Below are positions 33,810 through 43,892 of a DNA stretch of 64,000 nt, piece by piece. The notes under the pieces were generated by a model. It did no database searches. It was not told the origin of the DNA and worked only from the letters and a program-made list of their open reading frames with translations. Position 1 is the first letter of the stretch, and every line of letters starts with the position of its first letter. This DNA is from Candidatus Gottesmanbacteria bacterium GW2011_GWA2_43_14. Its GTDB lineage: Bacteria; Patescibacteriota; Microgenomatia; 2-02-FULL-39-11. The position numbers were made by a program, and so were the translations under genes. The DNA lies in the NCBI GenBank assembly GCA_000999095.1, contig LCFP01000001.1:10230-74229 (forward strand), read 5' to 3'.

Positions 33810-34120
33810 ACTTCCTCAAAAATGGCTTTTACCATAAAATACCCGTTGTGATTATTTTTGGAATTTGAAAGGGCTTCTGCTTGGGACAACATGCGTTCTG
33901 CATCAACGACATCATCTCGGAAAACATTTTCCTGCCCGGTTACCTGTGAAGTTTCCTCTGTATCGGTTGTATTTAACGATTTTAATTGAGAGACATAAGA
34001 CAGGACTGATGAAACGCTTTCAGCCATTTTTTTGATTTGTGCTTCCGTAAGCTTTAAATTAGCCAATTTAGCTAATTTCTTTATTTCGTCAGTTGTCAGT
34101 TTGGTACTAGCTTTATCCAT
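33806..34120 (-). CDS. gatC: Asp/Glu-tRNA amidotransferase subunit C
   Basis: 104 aa, LTEAQIKKMA.... Confidence 0.75.
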   Translation of the reverse strand: MDKASTKLTTDEIKKLAKLANLKLTEAQIKKMAESVSSVLSYVSQLKSLNTTDTEETSQVTGQENVFRDDVVDAERMLSQAEALSNSKNNHNGYFMVKAIFEEV

Positions 34121-34179
34121 ATCTATTTATGAATATACTATTATAATATTTTTTTAATCTCCGATCATAACGTATAAAA

Positions 34180-34205
34180 GAAGCCCCGGTTGCAGGGCTT
34201 CTTTT
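34180..34205 (-). terminator. Rho-independent terminator downstream of glnA
   Basis: GAAGCCC-cggttgca-GGGCTTC 7-bp GC-rich stem followed, on the minus transcript, by UUUUAUA. Confidence 0.6.
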
Positions 34206-34226
34206 AAATGTTTATTGCCAATTTGC

Positions 34227-35573
34227 TCAGAGTATTTCCAGGTAGTTGGCCGTTTCCCAGTCGGTGACCGAAATGCGAAAATTGTCCCATTCCGCATTCT
34301 TGGCCTCAATATATCTTTTCCAGGTATATTCTCCGAAAATGTCTCTGACGATCCTTCCCTTTTCGATTTCGTCGATTGCTTCTTTGAGTGAAGCCGGCAG
34401 TTTGGCAATATAGTGTTTAGCCAAACGTGCATCGTCAAATTCGAATAGATTCTCTTCGACCGGCTCCGGCGCTTTCATCCCCTTCTTTATGCCTTCCAAG
34501 CCCGTTTTGAGCAAGGCGGCGAAAGTCAGATAAGGGTTGCTGGACGGATCAGGGCTTCTGATCTCCATCCGGGAAGCTTTTTCTTCCGTGCCTTTGGAAA
34601 CTTTCGGCACCCTGATTAAAGCTGAACGGTTTATCCTTGCCCAACAGGCATAAACCGGTGCCTCATAGCCCGGTGTCAGCCTTTTATAGGAATTGACAGT
34701 AGGCGCAAAGATACCCGTTATCTCCCGTACATGCTTTAGCTGACCGGCCAAATATTGGTAAGCAATTTTTGACAGGCCGTATTTATCGGTTTTGTCATAG
34801 AAAACATTGCGGCCACCTTTCCACAAAGACTGGTGCGTGTGCATGCCCGAACCGTTGATGCCGAAAAAAGGTTTAGGCATAAAAGTAGCATGGAAATTAT
34901 GCTTGAAGGCAATGAATTTTGTCGCCATCTTCAAAGTGATGGTATCATCAGCTGTTTTCAGAGCCTTATCATAACGGATGTCAATCTCATGTTGGTTGTC
35001 AGCCACTTCATGGGTGGAAGTTTCGGTGATGATGCCCATTTGGCCTATTGCTTCCATAATCTCCCTTTTAATGAGATAGGTCTCATCCATGATAAGGTCG
35101 AAATAATAGCCGTTGCCTTTCGACTGGAGCATAATCTTTCCGTCAGCTCCTTTGGGAAACAGGAAAAATTCGCATTCCGGCCCCGTGTAAAACTCGTAAC
35201 CCATTTGCCTGGCTTCGACCAATACTTTTTTCAGTATTTGCCGCGGGTCACCATCGAACGGTTCGTGATTTGGTTTATAAACATCGCAGATTAGCCTGGC
35301 CACTCTGCCGGTTTCGATATTGTTCCTCCAGGGCAACATTGCATAGGTGGTTGTATCCGGCATCAGAAACATGTCCGACTCATGAATCCTGGCATAACCT
35401 TCAATAGATGAGCCGTCGATCCAGATACCGCGGGAAAGGGCGTCAGCCAGATTATAGACGGGAATTGTCGAACTTTTTATATTTCCCAAAAAATCAGTAA
35501 ACTGTAAATCAATAAAGGTAACTTTGTCTTTCTTGGCACGCTCCAAAACTTCTTTAATTGCATCTTTAGGCAT
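34227..35573 (-). CDS. glnA: Glutamine synthetase type I
   Basis: 448 aa with GS beta-grasp and catalytic domains. AAGGAG Shine-Dalgarno sits 8 nt upstream. Confidence 0.9.
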   Translation of the reverse strand: MPKDAIKEVLERAKKDKVTFIDLQFTDFLGNIKSSTIPVYNLADALSRGIWIDGSSIEGYARIHESDMFLMPDTTTYAMLPWRNNIETGRVARLICDVYKPNHEPFDGDPRQILKKVLVEARQMGYEFYTGPECEFFLFPKGADGKIMLQSKGNGYYFDLIMDETYLIKREIMEAIGQMGIITETSTHEVADNQHEIDIRYDKALKTADDTITLKMATKFIAFKHNFHATFMPKPFFGINGSGMHTHQSLWKGGRNVFYDKTDKYGLSKIAYQYLAGQLKHVREITGIFAPTVNSYKRLTPGYEAPVYACWARINRSALIRVPKVSKGTEEKASRMEIRSPDPSSNPYLTFAALLKTGLEGIKKGMKAPEPVEENLFEFDDARLAKHYIAKLPASLKEAIDEIEKGRIVRDIFGEYTWKRYIEAKNAEWDNFRISVTDWETANYLEIL

Positions 35574-35612
35574 CAGTGTAAACTCCTTAAATAATTTTTA
35601 ATAATTAAATCC

Positions 35613-35681
35613 AATAAAAAAGCCCTCTGCCTCATCATCGAGTACAGAAGACTTCACTGTCTTCGTCCGCTTCTTCGCGGA
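35613..35681 (-). promoter_or_regulatory. ANTAR-type antitermination leader: two tandem hexaloop hairpins (35647-35681), with an overlapping intrinsic terminator (35613-35652) and a U6 tract
   Basis: Transcript order: UCCGC-GAAGAA-GCGGA, C, GAAGAC-AGUGAA-GUCUUC. The 3' arm of hairpin 2 (GUCUUC) is shared with the terminator stem GUCUUCUG...CAGAGGGC, which is followed by UUUUUU. Confidence 0.65.
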
Positions 35682-35718
35682 TTTGATATTTTATCTTAAA
35701 TCTGATTACGGACTTCTG

Positions 35719-36435
35719 TCAAGCCCCAAGTTTCATCCGCTCAGCCAGAATAATTGCCTCGGCTATTTCACCTATAGACTTGCGGCTGTTCATGCTTTCC
35801 TGGCGCAGCCTGCGGTAGGCTTCATTTTCATTAATGCGATTATTTTTCATTAAGATGCCCTTGGCTTTATCCAATACTTTTCTCATTTCAAGTGTTTCCC
35901 GCAAACTTAACGACTCTTCTATCAGAAGCGCATTTTCGACAGCCGTACCGGCCAGCTTACCGATGGCAGAGAGCAGGTTTATTTCCGTTGCCGTATGTTT
36001 ATGGGCTTTCTTATGCTGTACATTGATGACACCGCAGACCCCTTTTTTATTGAGGACAGGCACGGACAAAAAAGCTTCAAATTTGTCTTCCGGTAGATTA
36101 CGGAAATATTTGAAGCGCGTATCCTTGGAGGCTCCGCTGCCGATGGCCACCGGTTTTTTTTCTTTGGCAACCCAGCCGGTAATGCCTTCCCCCATTTTCA
36201 TTTTGATTTTTTTTAATAGATGCGAATGGGGATTTTTGGAAGCGCGCAAAACCAGCTCGTTTTTTTCCTGATCCAAGACATAAATCAGACAGGAATCTGC
36301 TCTTGTTACCTGGTCGGCGATTTTGACAATTTCCTGAAGCAGCTCGCTGATTTCCAGTTTATGAAGGTCCTGGGTAATTTTATACAAAAAGGATAATTCC
36401 TTCTTCAGCTCACTGACTTTATCTTCTTTTTTCAT
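35719..36435 (-). CDS. GAF-ANTAR RNA-binding antiterminator protein
   Basis: N-terminal GAF domain and a C-terminal ANTAR helix bundle (LMKNNRINENEAYRRLRQESMNSRKSIGEIAEAII). Confidence 0.75.
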   Translation of the reverse strand: MKKEDKVSELKKELSFLYKITQDLHKLEISELLQEIVKIADQVTRADSCLIYVLDQEKNELVLRASKNPHSHLLKKIKMKMGEGITGWVAKEKKPVAIGSGASKDTRFKYFRNLPEDKFEAFLSVPVLNKKGVCGVINVQHKKAHKHTATEINLLSAIGKLAGTAVENALLIEESLSLRETLEMRKVLDKAKGILMKNNRINENEAYRRLRQESMNSRKSIGEIAEAIILAERMKLGA

Positions 36436-37187
36436 GTTATTGATTTGAGCATCTTTTTATGCGCCACCTTTTCCTCAAAACTCACCAGAGGCTGTAATTT
36501 TATCTTTTTTCGGTATTTGACTTCAAGAGCCCGGGCAATCAGCCAGTCGGCCAGCTGGGGATTTTTCGGCAAAAGGGGACCGTGGTAATAACTGCCTATG
36601 GCATGACGGTATACTCCTCCTTCAAATCCGTCCTCCCCGTTATTGCCTCCTCCCGTCAGAACTTTAGCCAGAGGCTTCATTTTGCCGCCCAGATAGGTCC
36701 GGCCGCCGTGGTTTTCAAAACCAACCAGAGTTGTGCCTTTAAGTTCCGACAGGTTTACTATTTCGGAAGCGCAGTTGCCGATAAGTCTTTGTTTTTGATC
36801 GCCTGGGTGTTCAGTGTAAAGATCGAAAATTCCTGCTCCGGGAATGTCTTTTCCATGGTACGGCTTATAATAATAACCGGCTGCCTGGTAGGCGGCGCAG
36901 ACAAACAAAGCAGGAATATCCGAGTTAATCATCCTTTTTATGACCGGGCCTTTATGGTGAATAAAGTCATCCGCGGCCACTTTTTGCTGCCGGTCCTGGG
37001 CTCCTCCCATAAACAGTAAATCGGCAGTTAACAATTCTGAAATACCAGTTTCCAAGGTGATATTTTTAATTTCAACCTCAATTTTTCGCCAACTGCAGCG
37101 TTTCTCCAGACAGATCAGATTGCCCCGGTCTCCGTAAGTGGACATTAAATCAGGATACAGCCAGGCGATTGTCAGTTTGAATTTCAT
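36432..37187 (-). CDS. gatD: Lipid II isoglutaminyl synthase, glutaminase subunit (CobQ/GATase-like)
   Basis: MKFKLTIAWLYPDLMSTYGDRGN.. is typical of GatD. It overlaps murT. Confidence 0.8.
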   Translation of the reverse strand: MKFKLTIAWLYPDLMSTYGDRGNLICLEKRCSWRKIEVEIKNITLETGISELLTADLLFMGGAQDRQQKVAADDFIHHKGPVIKRMINSDIPALFVCAAYQAAGYYYKPYHGKDIPGAGIFDLYTEHPGDQKQRLIGNCASEIVNLSELKGTTLVGFENHGGRTYLGGKMKPLAKVLTGGGNNGEDGFEGGVYRHAIGSYYHGPLLPKNPQLADWLIARALEVKYRKKIKLQPLVSFEEKVAHKKMLKSIT

Positions 37188-38461
37188 AATATTTTCTTCC
37201 CGGAAATAATCTTGCGGATATCCAGCATGGCCGAATAGGTCGGCAGAACATACAATTTTTCTTCTGCTTGCCCGGCAGCTTTATTTATGGCATTGGACAG
37301 AACTGTTTCAACTGCATATTTTAGTCCGGCATATTTCATACGCAAACCCAAATCCAATGCCCTGTCGCCGGCTACCGTAATCTGTACCTTGGCGGGGATC
37401 ATTTCAAAATCAACATCCCAGATCCAGGAAACATCACGACCGTCCGGAATCCGGTCATTTAAAACCAGCAGTATGTTTTTTGCCTTAAGACCGATCACAG
37501 TTCTAAGACTTTCATTAAAACCGGCCGGATTTTTTGACAGCATCAGTTTAAGCGGTTTTCCCTGATGAACCAGTTCCTCCTGCCGTCCGAAGGCGGGACT
37601 GACTTTTTTCAAGGACTTGGCAATTAATCCGTCTTCAACACCCAATGTTTTGGCAACAGCCGCGGCTGCCTGGGTATTGTATTTGTTGTAAAGTCCCGGC
37701 AAAGGGGATTCCCAGTTGAAAAATTCCGGGTCCGGCCTTTTCAGTCCGCACTTTAGACACTGCCACCAGCCTAGGTGGGAATAATAAATGGCCGCAAACT
37801 TTAAGCGCCGGCCGCAGTTCGGACAGAATATCGAATCCGTAGCATGTTCAAAAGAATATTTCTGCAGCTTTTTAACATTGAGCCCGAAATAGACGGTTTT
37901 ACCGGCATACTTTTTTCCCAAAAAAGCAATTTGCGGATCATCGCTGTTTAAAATTAAAGCAGTCTTTTTATTCATATTTTTAATGGCCAGAGCCCATTTC
38001 TCAGTAATGACATCCACTTCCCCATAACGGTCCAGCTGGTCTCTGAAAAGATTTAGGCAAACGACCGCATTGGGAGTTATCTCCTCAACTATCGCCGGCA
38101 GTGAATTTTCATCTGTTTCCAAAACAGCATAATCACAGTTAAGCCTGCCCCATATATCAGCCTGTCGGATGAGCGAAGCGGTGATTCCGTTTATCAGATT
38201 GGCTCCGGATGAATTATTAATTACTGAGTTTCCGTTTGCTTCCAAAATGGTTTTTATCATCAGCGTAGTAGTTGTCTTGCCGTTGGTTCCGGCCACGATA
38301 ACGATGCCTTTGCGGATATGTCCGGCTAAATTTTTCAAAATATGAGGATCGATTGAAAGGGCGAGTTCACCCGGCCAAGTACCGCCAGCTCCGAGATTTA
38401 ACAGCCGGCTGAATTGCCCGACAGCTTGACCAATAATAAGTGCTGCGGTTTGTCTTATCAT
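37184..38461 (-). CDS. murT: Lipid II isoglutaminyl synthase, Mur-ligase subunit
   Basis: GTNGKTTT P-loop, CPNCG..CLKCG zinc ribbon, and a DUF1727-like C-terminus. Confidence 0.8.
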   Translation of the reverse strand: MIRQTAALIIGQAVGQFSRLLNLGAGGTWPGELALSIDPHILKNLAGHIRKGIVIVAGTNGKTTTTLMIKTILEANGNSVINNSSGANLINGITASLIRQADIWGRLNCDYAVLETDENSLPAIVEEITPNAVVCLNLFRDQLDRYGEVDVITEKWALAIKNMNKKTALILNSDDPQIAFLGKKYAGKTVYFGLNVKKLQKYSFEHATDSIFCPNCGRRLKFAAIYYSHLGWWQCLKCGLKRPDPEFFNWESPLPGLYNKYNTQAAAAVAKTLGVEDGLIAKSLKKVSPAFGRQEELVHQGKPLKLMLSKNPAGFNESLRTVIGLKAKNILLVLNDRIPDGRDVSWIWDVDFEMIPAKVQITVAGDRALDLGLRMKYAGLKYAVETVLSNAINKAAGQAEEKLYVLPTYSAMLDIRKIISGKKIL

Positions 38462-38473
38462 AATTAGGGGATT

Positions 38474-40283
38474 TTATCTGACTTTGAAGGTAATTCTATT
38501 GTCTTTGTAGTCCGCGGTCAATTCAGAACCTGCTGTAGCTTTATTTTCGATCATCCTAAACGCCAGTTCATCAAGGATTTTATCCTGGATAATTCTTTTT
38601 AAAGGCCTGGCCCCGTAGACAGGATCAAAACATGTTTTAGCCAGATATGATTTTAAATCTTCACTGAAACTGATTTTTATATTCTGCCGATCAAGCTTTT
38701 GCCGTACTTTGCCAAGCTGAATTTCTGCGATTTGCCCTACCTGTCTTTCCGTCAGACGGTGGTAGACAACAATCTGGTCAAGCCTGTTCAAAAATTCGGG
38801 CCGGAAGCTTTTACGCAACAAGTTAAGTACGCTTTCCTGCAGCTTTGCTTCACTTTTACCTTCCAATTCCTGGATTATGTCGCTGCCGAGATTTGAGGTC
38901 ATGATCAAAGATAAGTCGGGCAATATTATGTGCCTCCTGGTATTCGCTCATGTCAATTCTGATCAATGCTTTTTCGCTATCAAAAAGATATTCAGCCAAA
39001 GCTTTGGCTCTTTCGGTCTTACCGACCCCTGTCGGCCCCAGAAAAAGGAAACTGCCGATAAGTCTGTCTTCTTCGGAAAGACCTGCCCTGTTCCGCCGGA
39101 TGGCCCTGGCAATTTTTATAAGGGCTTCATCCTGGCCAACAACTCTTTTTTGCAATACTTTATCCAGTTGTACCAGTTTTTCGGTCTCGGAAGATAATAG
39201 TTTGGTAACCGGAATACCGGTCCAGCGGGCAACCACTTTTGCCACATCTTCTTCTGTGACTTCTTTCCTGATCAGCTTATCCTGATCAGGTATGTTTTGC
39301 CAGTTGCTTTCCAGTTCACGCAGTTTCTTTTCGGTTTCAGGGATCCTGCCGTATTTAATTTCCGCGGCTTTATCAAGAAGTGCCTCCCTTTCAGCTCTTT
39401 CCAATTCCAGCCTCAACTGGTCCATTTTTACCCGTTCCGACTGGAGTTTTCCGATGATTTCCTTTTGCTGCTGCCACTTTCCTGCCAATGTCTTCTCCTC
39501 TTCCTTAAGCGTTTTGACTTCATCGTTTAAACGCTTTTTCCTGTCTGTCTCCTTTTTCTCTTTTTTCAAAGAAGCCAGCTCAATTTCCAGTTGGGTGATT
39601 TTTCTTTTCAGTTTGTCTAAAGCTTCCGGCAGGCTCTCTGTTTCGATTTTTAAAGCCGAGGCTGCCTCATCTATCAGATCAATCGCCTTATCGGGCAAGA
39701 AGCGGTCAGTCAGGTAACGGACCGACAAATTGACAGCCGCGATAAGGGCATCATCGGTTATGCGGATGCCGTGATGGATTTCATATTTTTCCTTTAAACC
39801 CCGCAGGATTGCCAAAGAATCTTCAGCCGCCGGTTCATTGACCATAATCGGTTGGAAACGTCTCTCCAAAGCAGCGTCCGTTTCGATATGCTGGCGGTAT
39901 TCGCGAAGCGTGGTAGCGCCGATGGCATGTAGGTCGCCGCGGGCCAGGGCCGGTTTTAAAATATTTGCCGCATCCATGGCTCCGGCAGCTGCTCCGGCGC
40001 CGACCAATGTATGCATTTCATCCATAAACAGAATGTATTTGCCTTCCGACTTCTCGATTTCCTTTAATAGCTTTTTTAACCTGTCCTCAAACTCGCCTCG
40101 GAAACTCGAGCCGGCGACGAGTGATGCCATATCCAGAGCCAAAACAGTCTTGTTTTTGAGGGTATCGGGCACGTCTTGCGAGACAATCCGCTGGGCCAGG
40201 CCTTCGACTATGGCTGTTTTGCCCACTCCCGGATCTCCGAGAAGGACAGGATTATTTTTGGTGCGGCGGGACAGGATTTGCAT
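38474..40283 (-). pseudogene. clpB: ClpB/Hsp104-family AAA+ disaggregase, degraded. It has no N-domain or canonical start, and an internal deletion plus frameshift removes the NBD2 Walker B and sensor-1.
   Basis: Two ORFs, 38856..40283 (NBD1, M-domain coiled coil, NBD2 Walker A) and 38474..38923 (NBD2 C-terminal part, IMTSNLGS...GARPLKR). The junction jumps from ...[13 protein letters not shown] straight to IMTSNLGS in another frame. Upstream, the frame is open to 40426 with no ATG/GTG/TTG. Confidence 0.6.
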
Positions 40284-40444
40284 TAAACGGCGGATTTCAT
40301 CATTGCGGCCGATGACCGGGTCAAGCTTGCCCTTTTTGGCTTTTTCGTTAAGGTCAACGGTATACTTTTCCAGAGGATTGCCCTGGTCTTCGGGAGGTTG
40401 GTAGTATAACTTTACACCTTCCAGGTGTTACGAAGCTACACCTG

Positions 40445-41341
40445 TCACATTGCTTCCAGAATTTTGACTCTTTCGGAGATGGGGGGATGGGTATTGAAGA
40501 GATTGGCAAACCAGGCGGTAAAGTTTTTGCCTTTGAAAGGATTAACGATGTATAGATGGGCAGTGGCATTGGTGGCAGCTTCCAAAACTTCTCTGTCCCC
40601 GGAAATTTTCTGCAAGGCGCTGGCCAAAGCATCCGGATTACGGGTAAGCAAAGCCCCGGAAGCATCTGCCAGAAACTCCCGCCTCCGGGAAATGGCAAGT
40701 TGGATGAGTGTCGCAACCACAGGCGCCAACAAAGCCAGTATAACGCTTATTAACATCAGAACCGCCGATACATTATTCCGCTCGTTATCCCTGTGCCTGC
40801 CAAACCACAATGACCTGGAAAACCAATCTGACAGAAGGGCAATCACGCCGACCATGACAGTCACCATAGCCATCAGACGGATATCAAAATTCTGGATGTG
40901 GGAAATTTCATGGGCGATGACTCCTTCCAGTTCCCGTCTGGACAATTTATTGATCAGTCCCCGCGTTGCACAAACAACGGCGTGCTGCGGGTCCCGGCCG
41001 GTGGCAAAAGCGTTGGTAGCCGTATCTTCGATGACATAAACTTTGGGTTTGGGAATGCCGGCTGCCAAAGCCATGTTTTCAGTAACGGTATAAAGGTCAA
41101 AATCTTTTTGGCGGTCTGCTTTCCTGGCACCTGATATGGAAAGAACGATTTTGTCTGAATAGTAGAAACTTACAAAACTCATCAGTCCCGAAATGATTAA
41201 GCCCATCCCAATCCATGAGGAACCGTAACCCAGAGACTTCCCCAGGACGAAACTGACCGTCACCACAAATAAGATAAAAAACGTCATGACAACGGCCGTC
41301 TTCATTTTATTAGCCTGAATCTGGCTGTGAATGGAGTTCAT
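40445..41341 (-). CDS. htpX: Zinc metalloprotease HtpX (M48)
   Basis: HEISHIQN HExxH motif and N-terminal TM helices. Confidence 0.85.
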   Translation of the reverse strand: MNSIHSQIQANKMKTAVVMTFFILFVVTVSFVLGKSLGYGSSWIGMGLIISGLMSFVSFYYSDKIVLSISGARKADRQKDFDLYTVTENMALAAGIPKPKVYVIEDTATNAFATGRDPQHAVVCATRGLINKLSRRELEGVIAHEISHIQNFDIRLMAMVTVMVGVIALLSDWFSRSLWFGRHRDNERNNVSAVLMLISVILALLAPVVATLIQLAISRRREFLADASGALLTRNPDALASALQKISGDREVLEAATNATAHLYIVNPFKGKNFTAWFANLFNTHPPISERVKILEAM

Positions 41342-41889
41342 TCCTCAAATTTTACTTCAACCTTTTTTTTGTCAGCTTCTTCCGCTTCGTAAAATTCCTT
41401 GTCCCGGAAATTAAATCTTTCGGCAATTAACGAATTCGGGAACATCTGGAGTTTGGTATTATACTCCATCACCATCGTATTGTGATGCTGCCTGGAAAAA
41501 GTTACTTTGTCCTCGGTGTCCGACAGTTCCTTTTGAAGATGCAGGAAATTTTCATTGGCTTTAAGCGTAGGGTAATTCTCAGCTACAGCAAACAATGATT
41601 TTAATACCCCGGAAAGCTGATTGTCAGCCACGGCTTTTTCTTTGGGTCCTGAGGCAGACAAAAGAGCGGTTCTGGCTTTGGTGACATTCTCCAACAGTTT
41701 TTTTTCGTGTTTGGCATAACCTTTTACCGTCTCCACCAGATTGGGAATCAAATCAGCCCTTCTTTTGAGCTGTACGTCGATCTGGCTCCAGGCTTCAATG
41801 ACCTTCATTCTTGAGGAAACCAGATCGTTATATATAAACCAGATATATAAAGCAACCAGTCCTAAAATAGCTGCTAAAGCAAATAACAT
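41338..41889 (-). CDS. lemA: LemA-family protein
   Basis: N-terminal TM plus LemA domain. The lemA-htpX pairing is common. Confidence 0.8.
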   Translation of the reverse strand: MLFALAAILGLVALYIWFIYNDLVSSRMKVIEAWSQIDVQLKRRADLIPNLVETVKGYAKHEKKLLENVTKARTALLSASGPKEKAVADNQLSGVLKSLFAVAENYPTLKANENFLHLQKELSDTEDKVTFSRQHHNTMVMEYNTKLQMFPNSLIAERFNFRDKEFYEAEEADKKKVEVKFEE

Positions 41890-41902
41890 TGACTATCACC
41901 TC

Positions 41903-43690
41903 CTAACTTATCAGCCAACTTTTAAACTTATTATAAGACATAGTATTCAAAATATCCTTTTTTTCAGCCCATCCCCTGCGGGCAACCGAAATGCCGTACT
42001 CCATCAAATCCATAGATTCCCTATCGTGGCTGTCCGTATCGATTATGAGTTTATTACCGTTTTCAATTGCCCTTTTTACCAAAACGTCAACTAAGTCCAG
42101 TCTTGAAGGGTGGGCGTTGATTTCTATGGCTTTGTCGTGATTTTTGGCAAAATCAAATATTCTCTGCCAGTCAATCTCATAGCCTTCCCTTTTACCGATC
42201 AACCGTCCTGAAGGATGGGCCAGAATTTTTGCCTTTGGGTGGGAAAAAGCAGCCAGCACTCTTTCAGTCATTTCTTTTTTCGGCATTTGGAAACTTGTAT
42301 GGACTGAAACTACCACGGCATCTACGAATTCAAATGCTTTTTCCGGTAGGGCTAATTTGCCGTCAGGAAGGATATCAACCTCTAACATGATAAATAATTT
42401 TACCCGAACATTTTTTTTGCTCAACATAATTTGCTCATAATCTTGCTTTCGCCGCTTCATAATAGCAATAACCTCTTTTTCAGTATGCTTGGAAACACTC
42501 GGATTATGTTCGCTTAAGCCTAAATATTCGTAACCCAAAGATTGTGCTTTATCTACCATTTCCCCCAACGGATTCTGCCCCAGGTCATGTGACGGTTCCA
42601 AATTATAATTGGAATGGACATGGACTTCCCCTTTTATGTCCGTCAGCTTTACCAGTTCTGGCAGCCGGTTATTAATGGCCGCTTCGATTTCTCCCAAGTC
42701 TTCCCTTAGTTCCGGAGGAATCCACGGCAGGCCCAGATATTTATAAAAATCCTCTTCACGCGGAAATTCAATTAGTTTTTGCTTTTTATCACTCTTTTTG
42801 AGTATCTTGATGCCGTATTCGGACAAGGACAATCCTTTTTTCAGGGCATATTCCCGCAGGTGGATATTGTGCTGCTTGCTGCCGGTAAAATACTGAAGCA
42901 TAGCACCGAAACTTCGGGGTTTCTGCACTCTGAGGTCTGCATGCTGGCCGTTACCCAGAATCAAACTGGCACCGCTTGGTCCAATCTCTATTATCTTGTC
43001 TTTTTTGGGATATTTCAGAAAGTATTCAAGTACTTTTTGAGGCTTGTCAGTTGCCACGGCCAAATCCACGTCACCGATGGTTGATACTTTCCGCCTCAAG
43101 CTTCCCAAAGGTTCCACCTGCACGGCTTCTTCAAATTTCTTTAAATAGGCAACCAGTTGTTTGGCCGTAGCATCAGCCACAGGCAAAGGCATTCTTTTTT
43201 TCTTGTTCTGGCCGAGCTTAAAGCGCTCCAGCGCTTCAATAATGTCAGCCTGGGATTTTGCCCCGAATCCCTCGAGTGGAGCGATTTTATCGCCCCTGGC
43301 AGCCTTGAGCAGCTTATCTATTGCATTTCCGGCATCGTTCAAATTGAATTCTACAGCTAACCTGTAGGCTTTTTTCGGTCCGAATCCTGAAACATCGAGA
43401 AGCGTAAGCATGCCTTCGGGCACTGCTTTAAAGAGCTCCTCATACTCCCTTACCTTGCCAGAGGTGAACAGTTGCTCCAAATGGCCGGAAATGACTGCTC
43501 CGATTCCCTGAATCTCGGATAATCTTTTATCCTGCCAAAGATCCCTGATTTCCAGATTACTGGTTTCGATGGCATCAGCTGCTTTCTCATAGGCAATGAT
43601 CCGGAATCGGTTGACGTTTTGGATAGTATAGACTGCCGCCACCTGGCGGAAAAGCCTGGCAATTTCTGCATTGGTAAATTTAACTGCCAT
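41903..43690 (-). CDS. polX: DNA polymerase X family with a C-terminal PHP phosphoesterase domain
   Basis: HhH, Pol-beta-like nucleotidyltransferase (GSLRRK..GDVDL) and PHP His motifs. Confidence 0.85.
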   Translation of the reverse strand: MAVKFTNAEIARLFRQVAAVYTIQNVNRFRIIAYEKAADAIETSNLEIRDLWQDKRLSEIQGIGAVISGHLEQLFTSGKVREYEELFKAVPEGMLTLLDVSGFGPKKAYRLAVEFNLNDAGNAIDKLLKAARGDKIAPLEGFGAKSQADIIEALERFKLGQNKKKRMPLPVADATAKQLVAYLKKFEEAVQVEPLGSLRRKVSTIGDVDLAVATDKPQKVLEYFLKYPKKDKIIEIGPSGASLILGNGQHADLRVQKPRSFGAMLQYFTGSKQHNIHLREYALKKGLSLSEYGIKILKKSDKKQKLIEFPREEDFYKYLGLPWIPPELREDLGEIEAAINNRLPELVKLTDIKGEVHVHSNYNLEPSHDLGQNPLGEMVDKAQSLGYEYLGLSEHNPSVSKHTEKEVIAIMKRRKQDYEQIMLSKKNVRVKLFIMLEVDILPDGKLALPEKAFEFVDAVVVSVHTSFQMPKKEMTERVLAAFSHPKAKILAHPSGRLIGKREGYEIDWQRIFDFAKNHDKAIEINAHPSRLDLVDVLVKRAIENGNKLIIDTDSHDRESMDLMEYGISVARRGWAEKKDILNTMSYNKFKSWLIS

Positions 43691-43718
43691 ATTTATCTAA
43701 ACTATACTATCACACGTA

Positions 43719-43747
43719 TTGACCCAGCCTCAATCATTTGATATCAT
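43719..43747 (+). promoter_or_regulatory. Putative sigma70 promoter for tRNA-Asp
   Basis: TTGACC, 17-nt spacer, TATCAT, about 22 nt upstream of the tRNA. Confidence 0.45.
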
Positions 43748-43769
43748 CGCTGAAAATAGAGCATTCTAT

Positions 43770-43842
43770 GGGCTCGTGGTGTAGCGGTTAACATGTCGCC
43801 CTGTCGAGGCGAAGATCGCCGGTTCGAATCCGGTCGGGCCCG
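43770..43842 (+). tRNA. tRNA-Asp (anticodon GTC)
   Basis: Cloverleaf hand-folded; anticodon arm TCGCC-CTGTCGA-GGCGA; T-loop GGTTCGAATCC; no encoded CCA. Confidence 0.8.
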
Positions 43843-43892
43843 CCGGTATACCCTTAAATCTCTGCCCGGAAAGGAGGAATCATTTCCTCTTT

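Noticed and set aside
34154-34438. 94-aa ORF overlapping the 3' end of glnA
   Set aside because: Out-of-frame overlap with a well-supported glnA, no motifs, and it spans the glnA terminator.
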